From assembly GCA_029775855.1 (NCBI GenBank), contig JARVJZ010000001.1, positions 64,001-128,000 of the forward strand: a stretch of DNA of 64,000 nt. The letters run 5' to 3'. The stretch comes from Nitrososphaeria archaeon. GTDB lineage: Archaea; Thermoproteota; Nitrososphaeria; Nitrososphaerales; JAAOZN01. Position numbers and translations under genes: made by a program. Below the pieces are notes generated by a model that had not been told where the DNA came from, made no database searches, and saw only the letters and a list, made by a program, of their open reading frames with translations. How positions within the stretch are numbered: the first letter of the stretch is position 1; each line of letters starts with the position of its first letter. This document shows, piece by piece, positions 29,954 through 39,640 of this stretch.

Positions 29954-30637
29954 GTGTTGAATTTTAAAATGAAGATATGTGCCTCTATCGGTGAACCAAC
30001 CTACCTTCACTTGGAAAAGAGTGTTAAGAGAGCTTTTGAAGTTGGCGCAGATTTAGTTGAGCTCAGGCTTGATTATCTGAAGGATGCTCTTGATGTTCAG
30101 CAAATAAAACGTATCATTGATGGATGCGTGGATAGATGTATCTTAACACTAAGATCAAACAGAGAAGGCGGGTTATTTAAGGGGAGCGAAGAGGAGCGTC
30201 TTCAACTAATCCACCAATTAAGCGAGCTGAAACCAGCCTACTTGGATGTGGAGTTGGATGCTGTGAAGCGTGAAAAGAAGCTCTCTGAAGTATGCGAAGG
30301 AGTTACACTTATCGTTTCAAAGCATAGTTTCACACATACACCTAACCAATCCACTTTAAGCAAGTGGGTTAAAGAAGTTCTTAGACTCGGCAGCTTGGGT
30401 AAAGTGGTTACTACAGCAAAGAACTTCAGAGACAACATAACCATCATAGAGATACTTAAAAGAGCGCCTAAAGGGCGTCTAATATCCTTCTGTATGGGCG
30501 AGTTAGGCTTAGTTTCAAGAATACTCTCACCGCTACTCGGCTCACCTATCTTCTACGCGAGCCTAAAAAAAGCAACAGCATCTGGTCAAATAGAGTTAAG
30601 TGATGCGGTTAAGCTTTACCGCGTGCTTAGGGTATGA
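29954..30637 (+). CDS. aroD: Type I 3-dehydroquinate dehydratase
   Basis: ELRLD, REGG, YLDVE, MGELGLVSR. Confidence 0.93.
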   Translation: MLNFKMKICASIGEPTYLHLEKSVKRAFEVGADLVELRLDYLKDALDVQQIKRIIDGCVDRCILTLRSNREGGLFKGSEEERLQLIHQLSELKPAYLDVELDAVKREKKLSEVCEGVTLIVSKHSFTHTPNQSTLSKWVKEVLRLGSLGKVVTTAKNFRDNITIIEILKRAPKGRLISFCMGELGLVSRILSPLLGSPIFYASLKKATASGQIELSDAVKLYRVLRV

Positions 30638-31485
30638 AGATCAGCCGCAGCACAAGGCTTTACGGGCTTCTAGGTTACCCTTTGAAGCATACCGCCTCAC
30701 CATCTATGCACAACGCGGCCTTTGAAGCGCTAGGTTTGGATGCGGTCTATCTTGTGTTTGAGGTTGAGTCGAATATGCTTGAGGATGCGGTTAGAGGATT
30801 TAGGGCGCTTGGTGTCAGAGGGTTTAATGTCACAATACCGTATAAAGAGCGTATTATACCTCTGCTTAATCGCCTCGCCTCTTCAGCGGAGGAGGTTGGG
30901 GCTGTAAACACTGTGCATATAGTAGAGGGTTTGCTCATAGGCTACAACACTGATCTTGAGGGGTTTATTACTCCTCTTAAAGAGCTTAATCTTAAACTTC
31001 AAGAACTTAGAGCCGTCATTATTGGCGCAGGCGGTGCTGCAAAAGCGTGCATAAGGGCTCTTATAAACGAGAAGTGTCGAGCAATAACTTTAGTCAACAG
31101 AAGCAAGGAGAGAGCATTAAACCTAGCGCAGCAATACAAATACCCAAACCTCAAAGTTATCGCACTCAGCGAGAATAACCTAAAAGAAGCCCTAAATCAA
31201 GCAGATCTCGTGGTCAACGCAACACCCGTAGGCATGTATCCGAATGTAGATGAGTCAATCATACCGAAGCACCTTCTAAGATCTGATATGATAGTCTACG
31301 ACCTAGTCTACCGCCCAGTCCACACACAACTCATTAAAGACGCTATAGATGTCGGCGCAACTACTATACTTGGATATAAAATGCTACTTGAGCAAGCGGC
31401 GCAATCTTTTAGAATCTGGACGGGGTTTGAACCACCAAGAAAGATTATGTTAGAGGCGTTAAAGCGGGAACTAGGTGTGGTATGA
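30634..31485 (+). CDS. aroE: Shikimate dehydrogenase
   Basis: SPSMHN, NVTIPYK, GAVNT, NTD, GAGGAA, NATPVG. Confidence 0.96.
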   Translation: MKISRSTRLYGLLGYPLKHTASPSMHNAAFEALGLDAVYLVFEVESNMLEDAVRGFRALGVRGFNVTIPYKERIIPLLNRLASSAEEVGAVNTVHIVEGLLIGYNTDLEGFITPLKELNLKLQELRAVIIGAGGAAKACIRALINEKCRAITLVNRSKERALNLAQQYKYPNLKVIALSENNLKEALNQADLVVNATPVGMYPNVDESIIPKHLLRSDMIVYDLVYRPVHTQLIKDAIDVGATTILGYKMLLEQAAQSFRIWTGFEPPRKIMLEALKRELGVV

Positions 31486-32354
31486 TGAGAGGAAGAGCAG
31501 TAGCATTCGGCGCAATCTCTATCGTTAACGCTGTAGCAACCGGCTTAGGCTGTTCACTTGGTATTAATCTAAGAACCGAAGCAGAGGTGAAAATACTTGG
31601 AGAATCTGATGAGGTAAAAGTTAGAGTAAACGGTGTAGAGCACGAATCAAAAGATCTGGAATCAGCTAAAATCATAACCCAAGAAATAATTACAACCCTA
31701 GCTGGAAGAAGATTAGGTGCAGAAGTATCCACAACATCAAACATCCCCGTAGCAAGAGGGCTCAAAAGCTCAAGCGCAGCAGCAAATGCTATAGCCTTAG
31801 CAGCAAAATCAGCCCTAGATGCCGAAGTTGACAACTTAGAGTTGGTCAAGATAGGTGTAAAGGCAGTCATCAAAGCAAAAGTATCTCTCACAGGCGCCTT
31901 TGATGACGCATCAGCAAGCTTCTTCGGAGGATACTGTCTAACCGATAACACAAACCTTAGACTCTTAAAAAGAGAAGAGGGCCCAAAAGATCTACAAGTA
32001 GTAATATATGTGCCTGAAAGAAGGTTAGATAAACAAAAGATAGATAAGAAAGTGGTCGAGTACTTCAAACCATACGCACTCGAAGCCTTCAGAATAGCGT
32101 CAGAAGGAAGATACTTCGAAGCACTAACCATAAACGGGTTAATCTACTCAGCAGCCCTAAACTTCACCGTAACAGTCGCTACAGAAGCCATAAAACACGG
32201 TGCATTAGCAGCAGGTCTCTCAGGCACAGGCCCAGCGGTAGCTGCGCTATGCAAAAGCGAACATGTCAATGAGGTAGCCGAGGTGATGCGAAACTTTGAT
32301 GGTAGAGTTATCTTAGCGAAGGTCAATAACGAGGGCGCTAGGGTGTTGGTGTAG
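31482..32354 (+). CDS. aroK: Archaeal GHMP-type shikimate kinase
   Basis: SIVNA, PVARGLKSSSA, TGAFDDA, SGTGP. Confidence 0.95.
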   Translation: MMRGRAVAFGAISIVNAVATGLGCSLGINLRTEAEVKILGESDEVKVRVNGVEHESKDLESAKIITQEIITTLAGRRLGAEVSTTSNIPVARGLKSSSAAANAIALAAKSALDAEVDNLELVKIGVKAVIKAKVSLTGAFDDASASFFGGYCLTDNTNLRLLKREEGPKDLQVVIYVPERRLDKQKIDKKVVEYFKPYALEAFRIASEGRYFEALTINGLIYSAALNFTVTVATEAIKHGALAAGLSGTGPAVAALCKSEHVNEVAEVMRNFDGRVILAKVNNEGARVLV

Positions 32355-33646
32355 TGGTTAAAGTAAGGGTTTATCCATCGCGTGTGGATGGAGTGATTAA
32401 CGCTCCTCCTAGTAAGAGCTATACACATAGAGCGATTATACTGGCGGCTCTCAGCGAGGGTTCTTCAAAGATAGTTAGACCCCTACTGGCTAGAGACACA
32501 AAAGCTACTATAAGTGCGGTTGAAGCGTTAGGCGCCAAAGTTATACAAGGAGAAACTGCCTTAATAGTAAAGGGCTTAGATGTTCCACAAACCCCAGAGG
32601 ATGTAATAAACGCTGAAAACTCGGGCACAACAATTAGAATAATGACCTCTGTCTCAGCACTTACACCTCAAGGCTACACGGTGCTGACAGGAGATAGCAG
32701 TCTAAGGAGTAGACCTATGCAGCCTCTTCTAACAGCCCTAACGGATCTTGGTGTAAAATGCTGGTCAAGTAGGCTCAACGGCAAACCTCCTATCGTTGTG
32801 CAAGGTGGAGGGATAAAAGGTGGAGTGGTATCGCTGAGAGGAGATATCTCATCGCAATTCATCTCATCTCTGCTAATCTCCACACCCAAAGCAGAAAACG
32901 ACACAACCATAAAGGTAGTAGGGAAGATCGTTTCAAAACCCTACATAGATGCTACAATCTTCACCATAAACCAATTTGGAGGAAGCGTAGCGAACCCTGA
33001 AATAGGCATCTATCATATAAAACAAGGGCAAAAATACACACCCACTGAAGTAAGTGTGCCAGGAGACTTTAGTTCAGCATCATTTATATTAGCCTCAGCA
33101 GCCCTCACGGGTGGAGAAGTGGAAGTCAAGTCCCTATCAACTAACCGGCCTCAAGCAGACAGAGCAATCATAGACATTCTAAAAGATCTCGGGGCAGAAG
33201 TAGAGTTGAAAAGAAGTGAAGAAGCTGTTCGAGTAAAAGGGCCAAAAGGGCTGCTCAAAGGCGGAATATACGACTTAACAGACTCACCAGACCTTTTACC
33301 TGTGTTAGCGGTCCTAGGCTTAAGATGCAAAGATGGCATAGAAGTGAGAGGTGTAGCCCACGCCAGATACAAAGAAACGGATAGAATAAGCGTTTTGGCA
33401 GAAGAATTGAGCAAAACTGGGGCGCTTATATCAACATACGAAGATGGGTTAAAGATCAAAGCCGGCACATTTAAACACTGCATACTCGATGCTAGAGGAG
33501 ACCACCGCATGTTTATGGCATTCTGCCTCGCGGGATTAATCTCATCTGATGGTTGCGAGGTTATAGGCGCTGAAAGTGTAGATGTCTCCTACCCCAATTT
33601 CATAGATGATATGAAGAGGATAGGCGCGTTAATGGAAGTGAAGTAG
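32354..33646 (+). CDS. aroA: EPSP synthase
   Basis: PSKSYTHR, NSGTTIR, SSQFIS, KETDRI, DHRM. Confidence 0.97.
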   Translation: MVKVRVYPSRVDGVINAPPSKSYTHRAIILAALSEGSSKIVRPLLARDTKATISAVEALGAKVIQGETALIVKGLDVPQTPEDVINAENSGTTIRIMTSVSALTPQGYTVLTGDSSLRSRPMQPLLTALTDLGVKCWSSRLNGKPPIVVQGGGIKGGVVSLRGDISSQFISSLLISTPKAENDTTIKVVGKIVSKPYIDATIFTINQFGGSVANPEIGIYHIKQGQKYTPTEVSVPGDFSSASFILASAALTGGEVEVKSLSTNRPQADRAIIDILKDLGAEVELKRSEEAVRVKGPKGLLKGGIYDLTDSPDLLPVLAVLGLRCKDGIEVRGVAHARYKETDRISVLAEELSKTGALISTYEDGLKIKAGTFKHCILDARGDHRMFMAFCLAGLISSDGCEVIGAESVDVSYPNFIDDMKRIGALMEVK

Positions 33647-33647
33647 A

Positions 33648-34745
33648 TTGCCAGCCAACCTACTAGGCGAACGCTTCGCCGTTATGAGCTTCGGTGAAAG
33701 CCACGGAAAGTGTGTAGGCGTAGTTATTGACGGTTGCCCAGCAGGCTTACCCATAAAGCTAGAGGATATCCAGAGAGAAGTAGATCTAAGAAGACCAACC
33801 AGCATAATATCAACAACACGCGCAGAACCAGACCAAGTTGATATACTATCAGGAGTATTCAACAACAGAACAACAGGTGCGCCAATATGCTTAGTAATCT
33901 GGAACCGAGATATTGACTCAAAACCGTACGAAGAGATTAAAGACACGCCTCGACCCGGACACGCAGACTACCCAGCCAGAGTAAAATATAGAGGGTTTGA
34001 AGACTATAGAGGTGGTGGACGCTTCTCAGCAAGAGTAACCGCTGGCTTCGTGATGGCTGGCGCTGTAGCTAAGATGTTGCTTCGAAGATGCATAGGTGTG
34101 CGCATAGTAGCGTATACAAAGGAGATAGGCGGTATAAGAGCCTCTGAGATGCCTTTAGATGAAATCGAAAAGCGCAGATACCTTAACGAAGTCAGATGCC
34201 CAGACGAAGAAGCGGCCTCTCACATGAAAGAGAAGATACTCGAAGCCAGAAAGCAGGAAGACAGCCTAGGAGGTGTAGTCGAATGCATCGTCGATGGGTT
34301 AAAAACCGGGATAGGCGAACCCATATTCAGCTCATTAGACAGCGAAATTAGCAAAGCCATATTTTCCATACCCGCGGTTAAAGGTGTAGAATTTGGATTA
34401 GGTTTCCAAGCAGCTAGAGTCAGAGGTTCAGAAGACAACGACGAATACGCAATAAAAGACGGCAAGATCGTAGCCTTAACCAACAGAGCAGGAGGAGTGT
34501 TAGGAGGATTATCAACAGGGATGCCGCTAATCTTCAGAGCAGCATTCAAACCACCCTCATCGATACCAAAAAAGCAGAAGACCGTAGACTTAAAATCAAT
34601 GCGTGAAGTAGAGCTCGTTGTCAAGGGTCGCCACGACCCTTGTGTGGTTCCTAGAGCTGTCCCCATCGTTGAGGCGGTAACAGCTATAGTGCTAGCAGAC
34701 CTAGCCCTTAGGGGAGGATACATACCACCTATCCTAGATGGGTGA
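33648..34745 (+). CDS. aroC: Chorismate synthase
   Basis: GESHG, RPGHAD, GGGRFSAR, GRHDPC. Confidence 0.97.
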   Translation: MPANLLGERFAVMSFGESHGKCVGVVIDGCPAGLPIKLEDIQREVDLRRPTSIISTTRAEPDQVDILSGVFNNRTTGAPICLVIWNRDIDSKPYEEIKDTPRPGHADYPARVKYRGFEDYRGGGRFSARVTAGFVMAGAVAKMLLRRCIGVRIVAYTKEIGGIRASEMPLDEIEKRRYLNEVRCPDEEAASHMKEKILEARKQEDSLGGVVECIVDGLKTGIGEPIFSSLDSEISKAIFSIPAVKGVEFGLGFQAARVRGSEDNDEYAIKDGKIVALTNRAGGVLGGLSTGMPLIFRAAFKPPSSIPKKQKTVDLKSMREVELVVKGRHDPCVVPRAVPIVEAVTAIVLADLALRGGYIPPILDG

Positions 34746-34751
34746 TGCTGA

Positions 34752-36137
34752 TTGAATCCAGAAGAAAGACTTAGGGAGATCAGAGAGCAGATTGCTGATA
34801 AAACACGCATAATAGTTGAAGAATTTTGCCAAAGGCTCATCTTGGCTAAAGAGGTGGCAGCCCTAAAGACGCAGCTCAACTTACCCATAGAAGATTATCA
34901 AATCGAAAAGAAACTAACCCAGCAGATCAGAAATATATGCGTCAAAAACAACATAGATCCAAAGCTTGGATTAAAGCTGCTTAACATACTTATATCCGCA
35001 TCAATCTCTATACAGAAAGCAGCAACTAACAAACCGCTAATTACACCAACCACAATATTCGAAGAAACCAGAAGACTCGAAGAGCAAGGTGCGAAAATAA
35101 TACACTTAGAAGTAGGCGAACCAGACTTCGGACCACCACAAAGAGTCATAGACGCAACCATCAAAGCGCTTAAAGAAGGTAGAACACACTACACATCAAA
35201 GTATGGCATACCCGAACTAAGAAGAGCTTTAGCAAACCGACTAAGCGAAAGATGGCATACATCAATAGCACCCTATGAAACCATAGTCACACCAGGAGGA
35301 AGAGCTGCTTTAACGCTCGCTCTCTCTACTATACTAAATCAAGGTGACTCAGCTATAATATTTGAACCAGCGTGGCCAGCCTATAAAAATTGCGTGGAAT
35401 CACTTGGCTGTAGAGCTAGGGTTGTGAACACAACGATGGAGAATGATTGGCAACCAGAGGTAAGTCAAATAGAGGACCTAATAGATGAGACAACGAAGGT
35501 TATACTCGTAAACTCCCCTTGCAACCCCACAGGCAAAGTTTTAAGCAGAAAAGTCCTCAAATCGATAATAAACATAGCAGCTAAACATAACATAACCATA
35601 GTTAGCGATGAAGCATACACAGAATTCTCCTACAGAAACCGATACAGCCTACTCCAAGAAGACTGCAGAAAAATCGTCTTAGGCACATTCTCAAAAGCCT
35701 GGGGCATGACAGGCTTCAGACTAGGCTACATAATAGCACCAAAAGAAATATGCGATGCTATCTCTGAAATAGCTGGAGAATTCTACACTTCAGTGCCAGA
35801 ACCAATACAAGTCGCTGGTTTAACAGCACTAGAATGCTTCAACGAAGTAGACAAATATGTAGCGTTAATGAAAAGACGGCTTGAAACGGTTTTAACTCTT
35901 TTAAAACCTCTACCAATCACCTTCAAAGAACCTGATGGAGCCTTCTACATATTCTTCAAACTCAAAGATCCGATTAGTGGAGAAGAATTCGTTGAACAAC
36001 TACTAAAAAAACACCATGTAGCTCTAACTCCTGGCTCTAGCTTCGGAAGATACCAATCCTTCGTAAGATTCTCATTCTGCAGACCAGAAGAGGAGCTGCG
36101 TGAAGGTGTGGCAAGGATGCGTGAGTTTCTGCTGTGA
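34752..36137 (+). CDS. Chorismate mutase (AroQ-like) fused to class I/II PLP aminotransferase
   Basis: N-terminal LREIREQI...RLILAKEVAALK helices; GEPDF, NPTG, DEAY, SKAWGMTGFRLG. Confidence 0.85.
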   Translation: MNPEERLREIREQIADKTRIIVEEFCQRLILAKEVAALKTQLNLPIEDYQIEKKLTQQIRNICVKNNIDPKLGLKLLNILISASISIQKAATNKPLITPTTIFEETRRLEEQGAKIIHLEVGEPDFGPPQRVIDATIKALKEGRTHYTSKYGIPELRRALANRLSERWHTSIAPYETIVTPGGRAALTLALSTILNQGDSAIIFEPAWPAYKNCVESLGCRARVVNTTMENDWQPEVSQIEDLIDETTKVILVNSPCNPTGKVLSRKVLKSIINIAAKHNITIVSDEAYTEFSYRNRYSLLQEDCRKIVLGTFSKAWGMTGFRLGYIIAPKEICDAISEIAGEFYTSVPEPIQVAGLTALECFNEVDKYVALMKRRLETVLTLLKPLPITFKEPDGAFYIFFKLKDPISGEEFVEQLLKKHHVALTPGSSFGRYQSFVRFSFCRPEEELREGVARMREFLL

Positions 36138-36991
36138 ATATAGCAATAATAGGCGCAGCCGGCAACATGGGTAAATGGTTCACTTCATACTTCGTTAAAG
36201 CTGGAAACAAAGTCAAAATCTATGATGTAAATAAAGAGGCATCAGAAGCATTAGCTAAAGAGGCTGGAGTTGAGCACACAACTACACTGCATCAATGCAT
36301 AAACAAATCCGACATACTCTTAGTCTCAACACCAATCGATGTAACACCAAAAATAATAGCAAAAATCGGAAAGATAACAAAACAAAGCGCACTACTAGTC
36401 GAAATCACATCCATAAAGGCACAAGTAATGCCTGCTCTAAAACGCTTAAAGAAGCACATCACCCCCCTCTCACTGCACCCATTATTTGGACCAGGATTAA
36501 CTGATCTAAAGTTTGGACGCATGATCGTAGTTAAAGTAAACGATGTTAAGCGTGAAGTCGAGCTTGCAAGGATGCTCTTCCCAGAAGCAAAGCTCACTTC
36601 TTGCACTCTAAAAGAGCACGACAAGATGGTTGCATATTCACTAACTCTACCCTACTTTATGAACCTAGCTTATGGTTTGTCAATACTAAACCTCAATATA
36701 GCAGATTTACGGCAGCACGCTGGAACCACTCTCTCCCTACAGCTCGACTTACTCGAAGGTATAATTCAAGGCAGTAAACACCTTATACCTACAATCTTAG
36801 CCGAAAACCCCTATTCATTAAAGGTAACTAACAAATATTTCAAAGCACTTAAAACCATAAGCGAAAATCTCAACAAGGAAAAAGAGTTAAAGAAGATTCT
36901 GTTAAAACTAGAAAAACATCTATCTTCAGACCCAAACTATCAAAGAGCCTACCAAACCCTCTACGACTTAACAAAAAAGAAATCTTGTTGA
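36134..36991 (+). CDS. tyrA: Prephenate/arogenate dehydrogenase
   Basis: GAAGNMG Rossmann motif, SIK, HPLFGP, EHD. Confidence 0.92.
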   Translation: MNIAIIGAAGNMGKWFTSYFVKAGNKVKIYDVNKEASEALAKEAGVEHTTTLHQCINKSDILLVSTPIDVTPKIIAKIGKITKQSALLVEITSIKAQVMPALKRLKKHITPLSLHPLFGPGLTDLKFGRMIVVKVNDVKREVELARMLFPEAKLTSCTLKEHDKMVAYSLTLPYFMNLAYGLSILNLNIADLRQHAGTTLSLQLDLLEGIIQGSKHLIPTILAENPYSLKVTNKYFKALKTISENLNKEKELKKILLKLEKHLSSDPNYQRAYQTLYDLTKKKSC

Positions 36992-37015
36992 ATTAACATT
37001 AAGATAGTATGAAAT

Positions 37016-37327
37016 TTATAGATGAAGCCCGAAAGATTGAGCAAACTCTTCGAAACGAGAGTATGCTATAAGGAATTGACGCCCTTGATCACTTATTCGA
37101 TACCTAACACCTCTCTCAGCATTAATCTCCTCTATGAGTCCACATCTAACCAAGTCATTCAATAAACGGCTTAAGCGTGAGTAAGATATATTACCCTTTC
37201 TAAGAAGAGTTGTTATACCAACACCTTTAGACTCTATGTCAGAGTCTTTAGCAATCGTAAGTATGTCAACAACTATCCTTAGAGAGTTTCTATAAACCAC
37301 CTTAAACAACCCCCCTCCGTGAGGCAA
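37016..37327 (-). CDS. Small winged-helix DNA-binding protein
   Basis: YRNSLRIVVDIL...ITTLLRKGNISYSRL...YRISDQG; the real start is probably GTG 37300 or TTG 37309. Confidence 0.85.
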   Translation of the reverse strand: MPHGGGLFKVVYRNSLRIVVDILTIAKDSDIESKGVGITTLLRKGNISYSRLSRLLNDLVRCGLIEEINAERGVRYRISDQGRQFLIAYSRFEEFAQSFGLHL

Positions 37328-37937
37328 ACTTAACTATCGGAACAAAAAGTGTCGACAGCCCAATCACCTTAAGAATAAGAGAAGACGAATACCAGAAAGG
37401 CCAAGATAACTCAACATAGCTTAGCCACTTCGCAAGCTCGCTTACCGCTAGAAATATAAGGCCAAGAGATAACACTAAAGTCTCAGCCCTCCTTGTTTTC
37501 ACATAAGCTATAGCCGTCTCCAATGACCCATAAATAAGTAGGTAAAAAGAAATAGACTTCAAAGCAGCTGAAATTTGAATAACAGGCATACTGAGGGGAA
37601 GAAGCAATGGCATAACCAAAGCTCGTTGAGATGCTCTAACGTTAAGTATATGAGAGAAGGCTAAGAAAAAGAAGCCTACAGCTTGCAAGAAACTTGAGGC
37701 AACGGTAAAGAAGCTTGATGCAAGCGCAAATATGGGTATTAAACTAACATAGCTAAATACAGCCAAAGCTTCGAACGTGAAACCTAAGAAGAGAAAAATA
37801 AACGCAGAAGTAAGGCGTAGTAAAGCTGGGCTACCTGTTTCTCTATACCCAGCTAGCGCTATGTAGCCTATCGTTAGCCCTATCAGCGCCCCAATTAAAG
37901 CCAAGACTCCATCAACAATAAATAATGTAGATGACAA
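37302..37937 (-). CDS. Multi-pass membrane protein (about 7 TM), function unknown
   Basis: 211 aa, almost entirely hydrophobic helices; two related halves (GYRETGSP / AYVKTRRA). Confidence 0.75.
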   Translation of the reverse strand: MSSTLFIVDGVLALIGALIGLTIGYIALAGYRETGSPALLRLTSAFIFLFLGFTFEALAVFSYVSLIPIFALASSFFTVASSFLQAVGFFFLAFSHILNVRASQRALVMPLLLPLSMPVIQISAALKSISFYLLIYGSLETAIAYVKTRRAETLVLSLGLIFLAVSELAKWLSYVELSWPFWYSSSLILKVIGLSTLFVPIVKFASRRGVV

Positions 37938-38079
37938 GGCTATCTAGGCTCCACCTTCTTTGATAATAAGAGGCAATATTAAAGTCTTCTCTGCCTATCA
38001 ATCTAGACAAACAGCTAAATCTCTTCATCAACCACCTCTAAAATTTTTATACCCTTTTGTCCTAATCACAGATAGGAAG

Positions 38080-38139
38080 ATGGTGTCGGAAGAAGATTAC
38101 TTTACCACTACCAACGAAGTATTAGCGCCGGTGATGTGA
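38080..38139 (+). CDS. Putative uORF (19 aa) overlapping the aIF1 start
   Basis: ATG 38080: MVSEEDYFTTTNEVLAPVM*, with its TGA overlapping the aIF1 ATG (TGATG); TTTTTATA box at 38044-38051. Confidence 0.4.
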   Translation: MVSEEDYFTTTNEVLAPVM

Positions 38140-38447
38140 TGGCTGAAACATGTAGTAAATGTGGACTCCCACGAGATCTTTGTGTCTGCGAAGAACTTAA
38201 CAAAGAAGAAAGTAGGATAATCATCAGGTTAGAGATGCGGCGCTTCCGCAAACCTACTACGATGATAGAAGGACTTAATCTGAAGCGAGCAGAGCTTGAG
38301 AAGATTGCGCAAAACCTCAAAACTAAGTTAGCCTGCGGTGGTACAGCTAAAGATGGATATGTGCTCTTACAAGGAGATCATCGAGAGTCGGTCAAAGAAG
38401 AATTGATAAACATGGGATTTAACAAATCGTCTATAGAAGTGCAGTAG
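38139..38447 (+). CDS. Translation initiation factor aIF1 (SUI1 family)
   Basis: CSKCGLP..LCVC, LKTKLACGGT, LQGDHR. Confidence 0.95.
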   Translation: MAETCSKCGLPRDLCVCEELNKEESRIIIRLEMRRFRKPTTMIEGLNLKRAELEKIAQNLKTKLACGGTAKDGYVLLQGDHRESVKEELINMGFNKSSIEVQ

Positions 38448-38659
38448 TGAATAATTTGAAGGATGGAGATAAAGTAGAGCGTCTGGTTAGGAGATCACCT
38501 ACTAGTCTACCGCCTAAACTATGCCCTAATTGCCTTAAGCCGCTTAAACCTCTGTCTCAACTTAGTGGTTGGTTTACTCCAGAGTATTATTATTGTGATG
38601 GCTGTGGTTATTCAGGTGCTGTAGCGCTCGAGTCAGTTAAAGATGAAGATAATGATTAG
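38447..38659 (+). CDS. Small zinc-ribbon protein
   Basis: CPNC...SGWFTPEYYYCDGCGYSG. Confidence 0.75.
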   Translation: MNNLKDGDKVERLVRRSPTSLPPKLCPNCLKPLKPLSQLSGWFTPEYYYCDGCGYSGAVALESVKDEDND

Positions 38660-38662
38660 TCT

Positions 38663-39640
38663 ATGTCTTTGCTTAAAATCATCCAATTTTGTGTGAAGAT
38701 AGTTTTTTTAGCCCAGTTGATAATCTTCCTACTCCTTTTTACTTTATCCTTTCCGCTAGGCGTCTACGTCGCTTTAACATTCTTCGGTAGTGGGTCAGAG
38801 CATACTCTACAGACGATTCCCTTTTTTATCTTTGGTTTGGCTTTGCCGATTAAAGTTCAGGTTGATGCGCTTACGCTCCTCTTTTATCTTATAGCTCTCT
38901 ACCTCTTTTTTGTCTATATAGCTGCAAAATCTCCTCTCGAAAATCCAATACAAGCATTTAGATCAATATACCATAAAGGCATCATTTTTGTTCAAACTAA
39001 TACCCTAGCTACTGTATGTACAGTTTTCGCTCCTCTGCTTCTTGTAAACGTTGTTTTAGAATACGTGCAAACTATCTTTGGTGTATCAACAGGTTCGCTT
39101 CCAAGGGGTGAACCTTTGCTTGACTTTGTTTTGCTTACATATGCTCCTTTGTCTGAGGAGTTTGGGTTTAGGTTAACGTTAATTGGTTTTGCTGCCTCGT
39201 TGATTCCTTTGTACTATGGGGACTTTAAGAGTGCTCTTTATTCTCTTTGGCGTCCATCAGCCTATTTTAGTTATAGGAATCTGAGGGTTAAGTCTTTGTT
39301 AAATTCTTTAATAGTCTTTTCAGCTTTTATGTTTAGCTCGGCGCATGTTATTTATGGTGGGGGATGGGAGTTTGGGAAGATTATACCCTCATTTGTTGCT
39401 GGTTTATGTTTAGGTTGGCTCTATGTGAGATGGGGTTTCCACGCAGCAGTTTTGCTTCATCTGCTCTTTAACTACTTTGCCGGCTCCTTCGACTATTTTG
39501 CAGAACTTGTTGCCTCATCTTCTATTTTGGATTTTGTCTCGTTTACAGTGTATTCGCTAGGTGTTATAGTGCTTATTTGGCTTGCTCTAAAGGTGTTAAG
39601 CATACGTCTCATAGGCGATAAGGAAGGATTAAATTGGTAG
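38663..39640 (+). CDS. CPBP/CAAX-family intramembrane metalloprotease
   Basis: EEFGFR, FSSAH, HLLFN motifs; multiple TM segments. Confidence 0.88.
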   Translation: MSLLKIIQFCVKIVFLAQLIIFLLLFTLSFPLGVYVALTFFGSGSEHTLQTIPFFIFGLALPIKVQVDALTLLFYLIALYLFFVYIAAKSPLENPIQAFRSIYHKGIIFVQTNTLATVCTVFAPLLLVNVVLEYVQTIFGVSTGSLPRGEPLLDFVLLTYAPLSEEFGFRLTLIGFAASLIPLYYGDFKSALYSLWRPSAYFSYRNLRVKSLLNSLIVFSAFMFSSAHVIYGGGWEFGKIIPSFVAGLCLGWLYVRWGFHAAVLLHLLFNYFAGSFDYFAELVASSSILDFVSFTVYSLGVIVLIWLALKVLSIRLIGDKEGLNW

